Assembly (NCBI GenBank): GCA_937894955.1 | Contig: CALAXO010000070.1 | Span: 1-53,432 of the forward strand | DNA length: 53,432 nt | Source: an uncultured Clostridia bacterium | GTDB lineage: Bacteria; Bacillota; Clostridia; Christensenellales; CAG-138 | Direction of reading: 5' to 3' | In this document: positions 53,293 through 53,432 of the stretch, one piece after another | Layout: every line of letters begins with the position of its first letter | How positions within the stretch are numbered: position 1 is the first letter of the stretch | Translations under genes and position numbers: made by a program | Notes under the pieces: model-generated | The model's input: only the letters and a program-made list of their open reading frames with translations | Told to the model about the DNA's origin: nothing | Databases searched by the model: none

Positions 53293-53432
53293 TTACGCCG
53301 GACAGGATTCCCGGCGTAGGGTCTCCATCAGAGCCTTGATCTCATCGGCGAGGTTCAGCCGGATGTCCATGCGCCCATCCGGGTAGATGGTGACGGATTG
53401 CAGCAGCTCGGCAGAAATCTCTTTGGTCAGCG
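53293..53432 (-). CDS. 3' end of another ORF, probably the C-terminus of a second large serine recombinase (5' part outside window)
   Basis: My translation is ...LTKEISAELLQSVTIYPDGRMDIRLNLADEIKALMETLRRESCPA*, with stop TAA at 53295-53293. This resembles the usual ...I.V..DGRI.I.F.. tail of these recombinases. Confidence 0.4.
   Translation of the reverse strand, partial: LTKEISAELLQSVTIYPDGRMDIRLNLADEIKALMETLRRESCPA

Overview
This is a 53.4-kb chromosomal segment of a Firmicutes/Clostridia-type bacterium. Supporting signs are AGGAGG-type RBSs, many lipobox lipoproteins and a dockerin-tagged protease, which suggest an Oscillospiraceae/Ruminococcaceae-like host; this cannot be proven from the window.

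Left third (1-19.6 kb), GC-rich housekeeping and accessory genes:
- an edge-truncated MerR regulator
- Na+-translocating decarboxylase beta subunit plus a small gamma-like subunit
- a set of small lipoproteins and secreted proteins
- GNAT acetyltransferase and DtxR/MntR repressor
- a J-domain protein next to a DUF5685-like protein
- a GT-C-like polytopic membrane protein and a BMP-family binding lipoprotein
- citrate lyase citE-citF and a two-subunit class I fumarate/tartrate hydratase
- an XRE regulator and a ZIP metal transporter

Centre (19.9-41.1 kb), a visibly AT-richer island, all on the + strand, abutting the 3' end of tRNA-Arg(CCU):
- a zinc-ribbon-TIR-STAND(NACHT-like)-TPR protein
- then a tightly packed nine-gene cluster: YbjN-like protein, membrane-anchored vWA protein, 1159-aa tubulin/FtsZ-like GTPase, two proteins with TM segments, a ~1470-aa protein with zinc ribbon, degenerate DA1-like motif and transglutaminase core, a small lipoprotein, and a TM-less Clp-D2 + FtsH(AAA+M41) fusion protease
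- I consider this cluster the best candidate for an uncharacterised membrane-associated conflict or defence system.

Right (41.3-53.4 kb): RpiR regulator, two PHP phosphoesterases, a membrane protein, an extended ArsR regulator, a 1.5-k-aa S8 subtilase with PA domain and C-terminal dockerin, tRNA-Leu(CAA), and an N-terminally truncated large serine recombinase preceded by the tail of another recombinase-like ORF.

Separately, two unrelated exported-protein genes (at 4.2 kb and 13.4 kb) are each split by an insertion of identical geometry: an exact 28-bp target duplication flanking a unique 33-bp insert, 61 bp in total. That is the footprint expected of ectopic Cas1-Cas2 spacer integration.
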